A stretch of 63,968 nucleotides of DNA, the filler included, from an uncultured Rhodopirellula sp. (lineage in GTDB: Bacteria > Planctomycetota > Planctomycetia > Pirellulales > Pirellulaceae): NCBI GenBank assembly GCA_964007735.1. It is 3 parts of 3 records of this genome, joined end to end, with 100 filler letters (N's around TTAATTAATTAA, not from the genome) between each part and the next. Parts side by side here need not be neighbours in the genome. Positions count along the whole stretch, not along the records: positions 30,780 to 60,629 come from CAXGAI010000051.1; 2 more parts are not named here. The stretch is one strand, 5' to 3'. Made by a program: the position numbers and the translations under genes. This document shows, piece after piece, positions 42,644 through 52,251 of this stretch; within the stretch, counting starts at the first letter, position 1, and the number at the start of each line of letters is the position of its first letter. The notes below the pieces were generated by a model. The model ran no database searches. It worked only from the letters and a program-made list of their open reading frames with translations, and was not told where the DNA came from.

Positions 42644-44035
42644 TTAAGAGCGGGCTAACAGATGTTGATTGGCCATCGATATGCCACTTACGATGGAGCC
42701 AATGATACCAACGAATCCCTGATCAGTACCGCAGAGAAATAGGTTGTCGATGGCAGTAGTGCCGTCTAGCCATTTACGAGTAGCACCATACACAGCGCCA
42801 TTTTCGTGCCACGTGAACCGGTGGATTGTATGGGGAGTAAACATATCGGTGTCGATAACATGTGGTCGATAATCCGGAACAAATCTGGCTGCAGAGGCCT
42901 GGACTTTTTCAAACCATTGGTCCTTTTCGGCCTGATAGCAACTTTTGTCGAGAGTACGCCAACGTTGATAGTCTGCCAGAGCAGTTACACGCATGACACC
43001 GTCCGGTAAATCTCCGTCTTTCTCATCATAACAGTAGTTGTTGGGAGTGCAGACGACCCCTGTGCGCACATCGCAGAAGTCATCCATTGGTCGCTCCCAA
43101 TGGAACTTCTCGGAATCATTGAAGAATACGATTGTCTTGTCATGACCAAGTTCGCGAGGATATTTGTCTAGCGTTGAGATGGCTTCAACAAATGATAGCT
43201 GCCCCGTTGTATGAGCATGAATATCTTCGCGTGTTTCACACAGCTTAAAAGTCTCCACAGCGCCGGCAGAACTAAGGATGTTGGAACCAGTTAACTCTTC
43301 CCCTGAATCGAGTACAACGCCAATGGCCCGACCATTTGCCACTTTGATCTTACTAACCCCCGTTCTAAGTTTTAGTTCGCCACCTAACTCGCGAAACTTA
43401 CGAACGAGTTTTTTGAGAATCAGTCGGACACCGTCGAAGGGACGTGCAAAACCTTCAAGAAACAAGCTGCGGAACATAATGCAGAATTGTCCCCAGTCCA
43501 TGTCTCGTTCGCGAGGATTCCCGTACCACATGATCGGGCAAAGAATCATTTCGATCAGCAGAGGATCTGTAATGATCTCTTCAAGACGTTCTCGCGTTGA
43601 CGTTTCGAAATGTTTTTGCTCTAGATCGTCGTAGTCGACCAATGACTCTATGAGCTTATCAAAATTGTCAATTTGCTTTGGGAACTCCTTGGCGACCTCA
43701 CTTCGCAACAAGTCAATGTTGTTGTCGAATTGCAATTCGATTCCCGGAAATGAGATGGAAGACACCAATTGCGGGGAAAGTCCAAAGTCATCCCATTTCA
43801 TGCGTAGTTGACGTAGTAATCTCGCAAAAGGCCCTCGTTTTGCGCCGGGTGGCGTAAAGTTGGTGACAGCATGTAGACCGACGTCATAGTTGCGTCCACG
43901 CAGTCTATAGAAAGAGTTTAGTCCACCGATGGTATAGTGACGCTCCAACACACATACTTTCTGATCGTAGTATGCTGCTCGAATACCAGCCGCTAAGCCG
44001 GACATACCTGCGCCAATGATGATGGAGTCGTACAC
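42644..44035 (-). CDS. Phytoene dehydrogenase/retinol saturase-like FAD oxidoreductase (copy A)
   Basis: 'IIIGAGMSG', 'LERHYTIGG', 'FTPHTIHRFT...GAVYG', 'NLFLCGTDQG'; GTG start overlaps the ACP stop (TAGTG). Confidence 0.85.
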   Translation of the reverse strand: MYDSIIIGAGMSGLAAGIRAAYYDQKVCVLERHYTIGGLNSFYRLRGRNYDVGLHAVTNFTPPGAKRGPFARLLRQLRMKWDDFGLSPQLVSSISFPGIELQFDNNIDLLRSEVAKEFPKQIDNFDKLIESLVDYDDLEQKHFETSTRERLEEIITDPLLIEMILCPIMWYGNPRERDMDWGQFCIMFRSLFLEGFARPFDGVRLILKKLVRKFRELGGELKLRTGVSKIKVANGRAIGVVLDSGEELTGSNILSSAGAVETFKLCETREDIHAHTTGQLSFVEAISTLDKYPRELGHDKTIVFFNDSEKFHWERPMDDFCDVRTGVVCTPNNYCYDEKDGDLPDGVMRVTALADYQRWRTLDKSCYQAEKDQWFEKVQASAARFVPDYRPHVIDTDMFTPHTIHRFTWHENGAVYGATRKWLDGTTAIDNLFLCGTDQGFVGIIGSIVSGISMANQHLLARS

Positions 44036-44295
44036 TACTCTGCCGGAATATCTACCATTTTGGGCTCGAGATAGCTGACCGTAGAAGCCATGCTTACCAG
44101 GTTTTCGTAATCTTCTTCAGGTACCTGAACGCGATAACGCTTGCGAAGTTCCATTACGATATCGAGAAAGTCCATACTGTCCAATTCCATCTGGTCACGA
44201 AATTCTTTGGCATCATCCAGATTGGTTAGATCTTCGTCAGGGGCGATAGTTTCCAAAATATCGATAATGGCAGCACGTATTTCTGCAGATGTCAT
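44035..44295 (-). CDS. Acyl carrier protein, atypical (ELDSMDF motif)
   Basis: 86-aa acidic protein 'MTSAEIRAAIIDIL...QMELDSMDFLDIVMEL...VPEED'. Start at ATG 44295 preferred over 44361. Confidence 0.9.
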   Translation of the reverse strand: MTSAEIRAAIIDILETIAPDEDLTNLDDAKEFRDQMELDSMDFLDIVMELRKRYRVQVPEEDYENLVSMASTVSYLEPKMVDIPAE

Positions 44296-44559
44296 TCCTG
44301 AATAGCTCCAAGCTCTTTTGTGAATTATCAATAACAGAACGTATAAATGTTCTGTGGGCAAAGTATAAATCTACCGTGTTTTGTCAATAAAACATAGTGG
44401 TGCATTTGTGAGTTTATGTTTTGCTTAATGCTTATCGCTTCGGAAGCATATCCTAGGGCAAAAGCAAAAAGCAGATCGTCAACCGTTTCTTGGGCCGTCT
44501 TGGCTGGCTCCCGTAGGAAGAAATGGCAGTTGGATTCCTCGCTAGAACAGCATTCAGTC

Positions 44560-45825
44560 TTACATGCTGAATTTGCGAATCACGACCGTGGAGTTTATAC
44601 CAAGCATGCCAAACGAGTTGTTAACGATATATTCAACGTTCTCAAGTTGTTTGGCTTCATTTAGAACCAACCCATTGATCGCACATTCTTCGTCAAGATT
44701 GTCAACGTTAATCGTCGGATGGCAAATATTGTCATCGAAAGAGGGTAGGTTACCAGCTAGTTCTAAGGCTCCAGCTGCTCCCATGCAGTGACCAATAAAG
44801 CTCTTGGTATTATTGATGCTCACTTTGCAGTTATCGTCGAAGACTTTTCGCAAGGCACTGACTTCCTGGATATCGCCACTAATTGTTCCCGTGGCATGTG
44901 TACTGAGAATATCGATGTCCTGTGGAGTAATGCCCGCCATGTTCAAAGCAAGTTTAATGCACTCAGACTGACGCTCCGGGTTGGGAAGGACAAAATCCGT
45001 TGCATCGGTGTTGATGCTGTGTCCGACAATTTCACCATAGATATTCGCTCCTCGTGCTAAAGCATCTTCAAGTCGCTCGAGTGTATAAACACAACCGCCT
45101 TCGGAAACCACGATTCCATTACGGTTAACGTCGAATGGACGCGACGCTATAGATGGGTCGGAATGCTCGGCCAACGCTCCTTGGCTTTTAAAGCTTGCGA
45201 AGATCCCAAAGGTATGAATGGATTCTGATACTCCACCGGCTAACGCCAAGTCGCACTGACCTAACTGGAGCATTTGAGCGCCTTGAATCAGGCTGCTGTT
45301 TCCGGCAGCACATGCAGCCCCCAATGTGTAGTGTGGGCCTGTGATGCCCATGTTTAGTGCTGCCTCGCCGGCGGGGTTGTTGGCAACGGTGCGGGGATTA
45401 TGAAAATGGTTCCAGACACTCACGTCGTAATCAAATTGACTTAATTCGTAGACTTCATTTTCTGTTTCTACATTCCCATGTTCAGTAATGCCGAGATAGA
45501 CACCGACTCGAGACTTATCGATGTTTTCCCAGTCAATCCCGCTTTGCGCCACCGCTTCATTGCAACTGTAGATGGCAATACTACCGGCCCTTGTTCCTCG
45601 CCGAATTTCACGGCGGTTTTGGTACTTCAAGGCATCGTAATTGCAGATGCCTGCCAGTGTTTTACCCACGTAGCGGATTTCATAATCCTGCACTCCACTT
45701 TTTCCTGCTAACAAGCTGGACCGGTGACTCGCCAAGTCGTTTCCGTTAGGCGAGGTTAAACCAATGCCTGTCAGCACAATTCGTGGTAGGACCGGAGGCG
45801 TATACTGATGATGCGTGAGGGCCAT
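44560..45825 (-). CDS. fabF: Beta-ketoacyl-ACP synthase II (FabF-like)
   Basis: Cys-His-His triad: 'AACAAG', 'HATGT', 'KSFIGHCMGAAG'; 'NNSFGMLG'. Confidence 0.88.
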   Translation of the reverse strand: MALTHHQYTPPVLPRIVLTGIGLTSPNGNDLASHRSSLLAGKSGVQDYEIRYVGKTLAGICNYDALKYQNRREIRRGTRAGSIAIYSCNEAVAQSGIDWENIDKSRVGVYLGITEHGNVETENEVYELSQFDYDVSVWNHFHNPRTVANNPAGEAALNMGITGPHYTLGAACAAGNSSLIQGAQMLQLGQCDLALAGGVSESIHTFGIFASFKSQGALAEHSDPSIASRPFDVNRNGIVVSEGGCVYTLERLEDALARGANIYGEIVGHSINTDATDFVLPNPERQSECIKLALNMAGITPQDIDILSTHATGTISGDIQEVSALRKVFDDNCKVSINNTKSFIGHCMGAAGALELAGNLPSFDDNICHPTINVDNLDEECAINGLVLNEAKQLENVEYIVNNSFGMLGINSTVVIRKFSM

Positions 45826-45931
45826 AAGCGTCTACGTATGTTTTTTGAGGGTATGTACTCGAAGGTCTAGAACCTTAAAACTATAGGTACAACCGTCGTT
45901 TTGCAAGCAGGCCAACGAAGCAATCTGCCAG

Positions 45932-46933
45932 TCAAATCGGCGGTGATGTATTTAAAGCAGTTTTGAGGTTGGTCATGGCATCTGCCGTGGAGAGTATTGG
46001 GTAATACCCGAGGACGTTTTGAGCTAGTGTATTGTCAAAATAGTGGTCAGCTGAAAGTTGCAGCGCCAGAAAACGGGTCATTCGGGGCTCAGATTTAATT
46101 CCCAGCAATTTGTACATGGATTCGAGTATTGCCCCAATTCGATATGCTGTCCTAAAGCCAATCCGGTTTGTAAGAGGTTCTATGCCGGCATAGCCTAGGA
46201 TCTCGTTGATCCATTCCCAGCAATTTACGGGAGTTTGTTGTGAAATCCAGTATGCTCGTCCTCGGGCCTCAGGGGTGACTTGCAATGCGCTAAGTGCACA
46301 TAAATGAGCATGGGCTGCATTTTTTACGTGAACCATGTCGATCAGATTTTCTCCATCACCAATGATCCTTAATTTGCCGGTGTGCCCTCGATCAATAAGT
46401 CGCGGAATTAGGTGGGGATCGTCTTCACCCCAAATAAGGTGTGGCCGTAAAGCACAGGTCGCCAGACGTCCGTCAGCATTGGCGGCAAGTACTTCCTGTT
46501 CCGCCAACGCTTTGCTGTGAGGATAATGGCAGAGCCATTTTTTCGCATAGGGGGTCTCCTCGGAGATACCTGATTGATCTTTTCCATCAAAGGTCACACT
46601 TGGACTGCTCGTGTATACCAGATAGGGAATGGCGTGTTGCTGAACCGCTCGGATTATGTTTGCGGTGCCTAGTGTATTAATACCGTAATACATCTTCCAA
46701 GAGCCCCAGATGCCGGGAACGGCTGCTGTGTGGATCACCGCATCCATTCCCTCACAAGCCTTGGATACATCTCCTTGTTTACGCAAGTCGCCCTGCACCC
46801 AGTCGACGCCCCAAGCTTCCAGTGATGGGTACGTACTTCGACTAAAACCTCGGACCTTGTGCCCGGCATCAAGTAATTGGAGAGCGATGTGGCTACCAAG
46901 GAAACCACCGGCACCGGTGATAAGAACGTTCAC
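45932..46933 (-). CDS. oleD: OleD-like 2-alkyl-3-oxoalkanoate reductase (3-beta-HSD-like extended SDR)
   Basis: 'TGAGGFLG', 'HTAAVPGIWG', 'YTSSPSV', 'YPHSK', 'LRPHLIWG..DPHL', 'EPRMTRFLA'; close to oleC. Confidence 0.75.
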   Translation of the reverse strand: MNVLITGAGGFLGSHIALQLLDAGHKVRGFSRSTYPSLEAWGVDWVQGDLRKQGDVSKACEGMDAVIHTAAVPGIWGSWKMYYGINTLGTANIIRAVQQHAIPYLVYTSSPSVTFDGKDQSGISEETPYAKKWLCHYPHSKALAEQEVLAANADGRLATCALRPHLIWGEDDPHLIPRLIDRGHTGKLRIIGDGENLIDMVHVKNAAHAHLCALSALQVTPEARGRAYWISQQTPVNCWEWINEILGYAGIEPLTNRIGFRTAYRIGAILESMYKLLGIKSEPRMTRFLALQLSADHYFDNTLAQNVLGYYPILSTADAMTNLKTALNTSPPI

Positions 46934-46945
46934 AAACTAACACCC

Positions 46946-48319
46946 TTACTTAAAGATGGGTTGGGTAGAAGGAGCTGGTTCTGCGGACTTTGCAGGGGGC
47001 TCATCTTCCACTTGCTGACTGGTGTTAGCTGGTTCTACACTCGACTTGATACTTTCCTGAAGGGATTTGATATCTTCAGGTTGATCGCCGTTCTTCCCTT
47101 CCGGATTGTTGGGGCTCCCAAAGTCAGGTCGCGGAGGCAATTGACCATTCTTCTGTTCTACCGGCTCTTCGTCTGCAACCGTCTTATCAGATACAGAGAT
47201 TCTTCGTTGTGTCTGGCCACGGACAGCGTTGTCTGGATTCTCTTCGGTGTTGCGGTCCGGCTCGGACAGAGATAAATCAGGTGTTTGGGCAACGGTTATT
47301 CCAGACGAATCACGGCCCACCATGACGTTTGGAATATTGTAACCCATGTATCCGGTTTGGCGGAACCACGCCAAGGGCACTGCCAGTTTGAAATTCTCAA
47401 TTTTATCTGAAGCCATTGTAAACGATAGTTTCTCAATAATTTTTCCACCCGCAGGTATCGTTCGTGTGCTCAAAGCTTCCGTTAACGTAAGGAATTGATC
47501 AGCTCCATTTCGGGCAAGTGGTGCGTAAGGATCGAGTGAGTTCGCATCGGACCTTACCGCCGCTTCTCTATGAACAGTGAATGCGTTACCTCGATCCAGG
47601 TTTTCCGTTTCCAGTAATACGTGCATCGTGAACTCTGGCGAGATTGCCACTGCATCAAGGGGTTTTTCGGACTTCGCCAGCCACACGTCGGTAATACGCA
47701 TTTGGATATTCATATTGGCAAGACGCGTACGCGATTTGGAGCCATCACTATAGGAACGAATTCCTAGAAACACCTGTTCTTCGGGCAGGGACGGCCTGGC
47801 TGATCTGGAATCCACATGGGAACGTGATTGTTGCGACTTAGGGGCTTGCGCTGCTTCCTGTACGGGGATTGCTCTTTCGGTACTTGCGATTGTGATGACG
47901 AGTCCTATGCCAACGAAAATGCCTGTCACGGTGAAAATAAGTGGCATGGTACTTCTTCTTCGCCGTTTGTGCTCAAGAAACTCCTTGTGGCTTTCGTTCC
48001 CCTCTGGATTAGTGATGACTGTCGGAGGTATTTCGGAAATAGCAGGAGCTACCTTGAAGGCGTATTCGGTTGCTATAGGGACATCCGAGCCCTTGTCCTG
48101 ATTTGAGTTGTTAAGAACGGGAGGAGCTATCACGGAATCCGATGGCTGTGATTCGAAGAGTCCCTTTACACGCGAAGCTTCCGCCCAACTTTTTGCCCCT
48201 TCTTTTTGCACGAGGGTATTGGGAGTGATCTGCCCTACTTCTGCCAGCAGTTTTAGGGCTTTGGATTCGATGGGCCCTTGTTTTTCGTCGCCAACCCGGT
48301 AGTACCACTTTGAAGCCAT
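46946..48319 (-). CDS. GYF_2 (DUF4339) domain bitopic membrane protein with Pro/Glu-rich tail
   Basis: N-terminal 'WYY....KQGP....L..L...G.I.P.TLV.KEG...W..A..V.GLF'; basic stop-transfer followed by one TM. Confidence 0.8.
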   Translation of the reverse strand: MASKWYYRVGDEKQGPIESKALKLLAEVGQITPNTLVQKEGAKSWAEASRVKGLFESQPSDSVIAPPVLNNSNQDKGSDVPIATEYAFKVAPAISEIPPTVITNPEGNESHKEFLEHKRRRRSTMPLIFTVTGIFVGIGLVITIASTERAIPVQEAAQAPKSQQSRSHVDSRSARPSLPEEQVFLGIRSYSDGSKSRTRLANMNIQMRITDVWLAKSEKPLDAVAISPEFTMHVLLETENLDRGNAFTVHREAAVRSDANSLDPYAPLARNGADQFLTLTEALSTRTIPAGGKIIEKLSFTMASDKIENFKLAVPLAWFRQTGYMGYNIPNVMVGRDSSGITVAQTPDLSLSEPDRNTEENPDNAVRGQTQRRISVSDKTVADEEPVEQKNGQLPPRPDFGSPNNPEGKNGDQPEDIKSLQESIKSSVEPANTSQQVEDEPPAKSAEPAPSTQPIFK

Positions 48320-48473
48320 AGGGTTCCTTTAATTTAACGAGGTTCTCTTCGAAGTCGTGTGAAGGTTAGTGACTAAGCTTCAGGATGTTGTGTGCTTAGC
48401 GTTTTTGCCGTCACTGTTACTTATTATCGGGAAAATCACCATTAAATTCCAACGCTGTTTTAACTTGCGCTGG

Positions 48474-50138
48474 CTACAGTCCAAGTTTTTCTTGGGCCCA
48501 GCTGGAAAGTTGCTCACGGAATATCTTGGCGTTATGACGAATGTCGACCGGTAACGCGTCTCGTACTAGAAAATGAGTGATCATCGAGGTTAAATCGTTA
48601 TTCGAGGCCAATTGCTTCAGTTCGTGGAAGAGTTCTTGCTCATCTGCAGGAGAATGTGTTTTACTGTCGGGCCAGCATTCGACCACAATAGCCGCTTCTG
48701 CGACCCCTTGATTGTCAACTTTAACAACGGCGCTCCGGTAAATACGAGGGTGTAGGTTGATGATTGCTTCAGTCGGGATGGTGAAAAGTGTTTTTTGTAG
48801 TAGCTGGACTCGATGGGATTTTCGACCACAAAACCAAAAACGTCCGGTTTCATCAAAGTAACCCACGTCTCCCATGCGATGCCAAAAACTATCACCATCT
48901 TTAATTTTGTGTAATCGAGTTTCTCTTTCATGTGTCACGTAATGAGAAGTTACTACCGGACCTCGGACGATTAATTCGCCGATCTCGCCGGAGCCCACTT
49001 CTGTGGTATCTTCAATGTCTCCAAGTTCGTCGTCACAAATTTCAATGACCTTCCATTCGATACCAGAGAAGTTTGCACCGACGCAGGTCCCATGTCCAGC
49101 ATCGGTCTTTGCAGCAGTCTCGCCTAATACTTCGGTAGCACTAATCGTTGCCACTGGCAACGATTCAGTTGCACCGTAAGGTGTATGCATATCACCTTCA
49201 CTGGCCATCGCATCACGCATACGTTGCAATACTCGCGGTGGTACTGGTGCACCAGCTGATAGAATTCGCTTTAAGGATGGCATCGTAACGTCATTTTCAG
49301 AGCAATAACGCCCAACGGTTTCCCAAAGAGCCGGGGATCCGAAAGATTGCGTAACTTTCCAATCCTGAATTGGCGTAATGATGTTTTGAGGGGTAACCAG
49401 AGCAGGTTTCGTAGGATCCATCTCCGGGAGGATCGTTGTAACACCCATCGCAGCATTGAACAGCCCAAACAGGGGGAAGGCAGGTAAGTCCCGTTCCCCA
49501 GCCTCTATCTGATATTGTTCTTGTATTTGCAAAACCTGATGGTAGAAGTTTTGGTGACAGTAATGGACACCTTTGGGAGGCCCGGTACTGCCCGTTGTAA
49601 AAATGATAGCTGCAGGGTCTGCAGCTTCTGGCTTGAACAGTTCGAAATTATCAAGAGGTGTTCGTCTTAATTTGTTCGAAGTTGGACCGCCCCAGAACCA
49701 TCGTCGCCCCACAGTCACATTTGTTTTCGCGGTTGGGAATTTGTTGCGCAGGATTGTGCGAACCGCCTGTACTTTACTGATGCCGATAAACCCTTCCGTT
49801 TCCACTCGTTGGAGGCAGTTAATTATGTTTTTACCACCCATTCCGGGGTCGATGAGAACAGCAACCATGCCCGCTTTGAATAAGGCGAATACCCAGGAGA
49901 TAAATTCACAACTTGGTGGGATCATTAAGGCTAGCCGCGCGCCTTGTTCGATCTCGAGGGTATGGAGACCTGCTGCTAGTCTGGAGCTGAATTCGTCAAG
50001 TTCTTGAAATGTCAGACAGCGGTATCGTTTTTCTAGAGGGAGACTACGGTTTCGCCAACGCCCCTTAATGGGTTCCGCTATCGCTATTGCATTTGGCTGT
50101 TGATGTGCCTGGCGTTGGAGAAATTCAGCGACGTTCAT
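48474..50138 (-). CDS. oleC: OleC-like beta-lactone synthetase (AMP-dependent ligase)
   Basis: 'IDPGMG', 'FTTGSTGPPKGV', 'TPYGATE', 'HRMGDVGYFD..GRFWFCGRKSHRV', and the OleC-type C-terminus 'PVDIRHNAKIFRE.L..WA'. Confidence 0.85.
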   Translation of the reverse strand: MNVAEFLQRQAHQQPNAIAIAEPIKGRWRNRSLPLEKRYRCLTFQELDEFSSRLAAGLHTLEIEQGARLALMIPPSCEFISWVFALFKAGMVAVLIDPGMGGKNIINCLQRVETEGFIGISKVQAVRTILRNKFPTAKTNVTVGRRWFWGGPTSNKLRRTPLDNFELFKPEAADPAAIIFTTGSTGPPKGVHYCHQNFYHQVLQIQEQYQIEAGERDLPAFPLFGLFNAAMGVTTILPEMDPTKPALVTPQNIITPIQDWKVTQSFGSPALWETVGRYCSENDVTMPSLKRILSAGAPVPPRVLQRMRDAMASEGDMHTPYGATESLPVATISATEVLGETAAKTDAGHGTCVGANFSGIEWKVIEICDDELGDIEDTTEVGSGEIGELIVRGPVVTSHYVTHERETRLHKIKDGDSFWHRMGDVGYFDETGRFWFCGRKSHRVQLLQKTLFTIPTEAIINLHPRIYRSAVVKVDNQGVAEAAIVVECWPDSKTHSPADEQELFHELKQLASNNDLTSMITHFLVRDALPVDIRHNAKIFREQLSSWAQEKLGL

Positions 50139-51070
50139 GAAACCGGATTTTTAACTTCCTTGGAATTCAGTGGTTGGCTATGAGCGTGGATTCGTTCGGC
50201 CAAATAGCGAGTGACTTCCAAAGCGATGTCGATACCAGTGACACCAGTCAGTTCTTTCCAGCCGGGAACCGCATTGACTTCAAGAATGACAGGAGTCCCG
50301 TCCGGAGTAAAGACGATGTCGACACCTGCAATTTCCGCTTTCACCACGGCGGCTGCCTGGCGTGCTAACTCAATGACCTCTGAAGAGGCTTCATAGGGTT
50401 GTCCCTGACCTCCGAGCGAAATGTTTGTGCGCCAGTCATCCAGGTTCTGTCGTCGCATACAAAATACTTCGTGACCGAGAACGAAGACCCGAATGTCAGA
50501 GCCGCCGTGTTCTATAAATTGCTGTACGTAGATAACACCTTCTAATTGTTCAAGCATCCGAAAAGCTCGAACAGCCAGTGCCCGGTCAGAAAGTCGAGTG
50601 ATCCCCCGGCCTTCTCCACCAAAGATCGGCTTAATCACGACGTCACCGCCCAGTTGCTCGTAAGCAAACAAAGCGTCTTCCGCCGTTTGGCAAACAATGG
50701 TTCTTGGTACGGGAAGCTTTGACTCTGCAAGTAACCCGAGGCTCAGATATTTGTCGACGGCGATCTCGATGGACCGGGCGCAGTTCAGCACAAGGCCGCC
50801 TGAGCGTTCGAATAAGTGCAGGGCATTCATTCTGAAAATGACTTGCTCCAGAGACCCTGGTGGCATAGTCCGGATTAAGAGACAGTCAAATTCGTCAAAC
50901 GCTTGCTCGGCGGAGCTAAGTTCCCCAATCTTGTCGTTCCTGATACCCGCCTGGATTGTGGAAAAGGGTAGGGCCTGAAACTTGATACGTTGATTGCAGT
51001 ATTCATTAGCTGCACGTTGTAAATCAGCTAGGTACCATGAGTTCGGATTGCCAAGAACTGCAATGTTCAT
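50135..51070 (-). CDS. RimK-family ATP-grasp alpha-L-glutamate ligase (MptN/Orf5-like)
   Basis: 'GSLEQVIFRM', 'KPIFGGEGRG', 'WRTNISLGG', 'EVNAVPGW'; directly downstream of mch. Confidence 0.85.
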   Translation of the reverse strand: MNIAVLGNPNSWYLADLQRAANEYCNQRIKFQALPFSTIQAGIRNDKIGELSSAEQAFDEFDCLLIRTMPPGSLEQVIFRMNALHLFERSGGLVLNCARSIEIAVDKYLSLGLLAESKLPVPRTIVCQTAEDALFAYEQLGGDVVIKPIFGGEGRGITRLSDRALAVRAFRMLEQLEGVIYVQQFIEHGGSDIRVFVLGHEVFCMRRQNLDDWRTNISLGGQGQPYEASSEVIELARQAAAVVKAEIAGVDIVFTPDGTPVILEVNAVPGWKELTGVTGIDIALEVTRYLAERIHAHSQPLNSKEVKNPVS

Positions 51071-51113
51071 CAGAGCCAGAAGATCTCAATAAAGAATGAA
51101 GTTGGATGGATAT

Positions 51114-52061
51114 CTACGACAATCCAAATGATTGTTCGAGAATACGTGGGTTGAAGTTGCCAAACCGAAAGTAGCTGCCTGTCTCGAGATTGACAATGTT
51201 GATGACGGCTGGACTAAACAGATTAGGGTCGATCTTGTAGAAGTCGTGATCATATTCACGAAAAATTTCGATAAACGGTTTACCGTAATCGTTTGAAGCC
51301 CGGCTTGGAATCTTATTGCCGATCGCATTAATACTTTCGTCGTCGCCGGTGACCCAGATGGAAACTTCACCGCCATAAAGGATGGCGTCATTGGTGCGTC
51401 CAATACCAGCCAGATCATCGGATGCAACGGGCGGCAAGGGAGCCAGTCCCGTTCCCGATTCTACCCGTGCAAGATCGAATCCGAGTTCGTGCATTTTATG
51501 TAAAGCAGTTTCAAGTGATCTCGCCACAACCTGAACCGTACCGGCAAGGCTGGCTGTCGGAGCGTATGCCAACGTCAGATTGTTGGGGGTAACACCGCAA
51601 GCGTCAGCGATTAGTTTGCAAACAGATTCGGAGGGTGTTTTTCCGGATTCGATTATTCCTACGGCATGAGTTGTCCGTTCGGTAAATCCGATGTCGGTAA
51701 ACAGTTTTTCTTTGCCTGCTGCTGCCCGCATGGGGCCACTTCCCATACCGAAGTAATCCTCGGTTGCCAACTGCCAGCCAGCATACTGGCTGGCCATGCA
51801 AGCTTGTACCGGATGATCCGTCTCGATTTGGATGGCTGTTGTGGTTGGGAAAAGTTCCGGGCTGGGGACATAGGATACGTGGGCTAGTCCCGCTAGACAT
51901 GCTTCAGCCAACAATCGTCCTGCTTCAAGTCCGCCGGTTACTGAAATCCCCAGATCAATCAGGCTTGTGCCAACGTGACTGACGGAGGTGCCAATTTTTA
52001 AATCGTCTGCCAGATCGATCAGGGCGTCGGTTATGTATTTCGCTCGCTCGTTTAAATTCAC
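51114..52061 (-). CDS. mch: Methenyltetrahydromethanopterin cyclohydrolase
   Basis: 'CMASQYAGW', 'MGSGPMRA', 'AGTVQVVARSLETALHK', 'GRTNDAILYGG', 'DFYKIDPNLFSPA'. Confidence 0.95.
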   Translation of the reverse strand: MNLNERAKYITDALIDLADDLKIGTSVSHVGTSLIDLGISVTGGLEAGRLLAEACLAGLAHVSYVPSPELFPTTTAIQIETDHPVQACMASQYAGWQLATEDYFGMGSGPMRAAAGKEKLFTDIGFTERTTHAVGIIESGKTPSESVCKLIADACGVTPNNLTLAYAPTASLAGTVQVVARSLETALHKMHELGFDLARVESGTGLAPLPPVASDDLAGIGRTNDAILYGGEVSIWVTGDDESINAIGNKIPSRASNDYGKPFIEIFREYDHDFYKIDPNLFSPAVINIVNLETGSYFRFGNFNPRILEQSFGLS

Positions 52062-52251
52062 CGTTTTTGTCCCGTAACTGTGAAAATTATTTTCTCTATC
52101 ATCATAGCGATTTATGAGGCTTTCAGTGGATTTAGCCAGGAAGCTCTCTGGGAAAACAACAAGCCTGTTGAAAAGAGTGTATCTTAAATTGGAGCAGTTG
52201 TAGAGCAGCTAAAAGAGATTGGCTAATTTGACGCGATTGGAGGAATCTGGA

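Noticed and set aside
41100..44035. Carotenoid biosynthesis (crtI-like pair)
   Set aside because: No crtB, crtE or crtY nearby; the genes are embedded among ACP, KAS, FabZ and FabI.
39752..45825. True ladderane biosynthesis or an anammox organism
   Set aside because: No radical-SAM/B12 enzyme or SAM methyltransferase in the cluster and no anammox markers in the window; only the FAS/flavoprotein core is similar.
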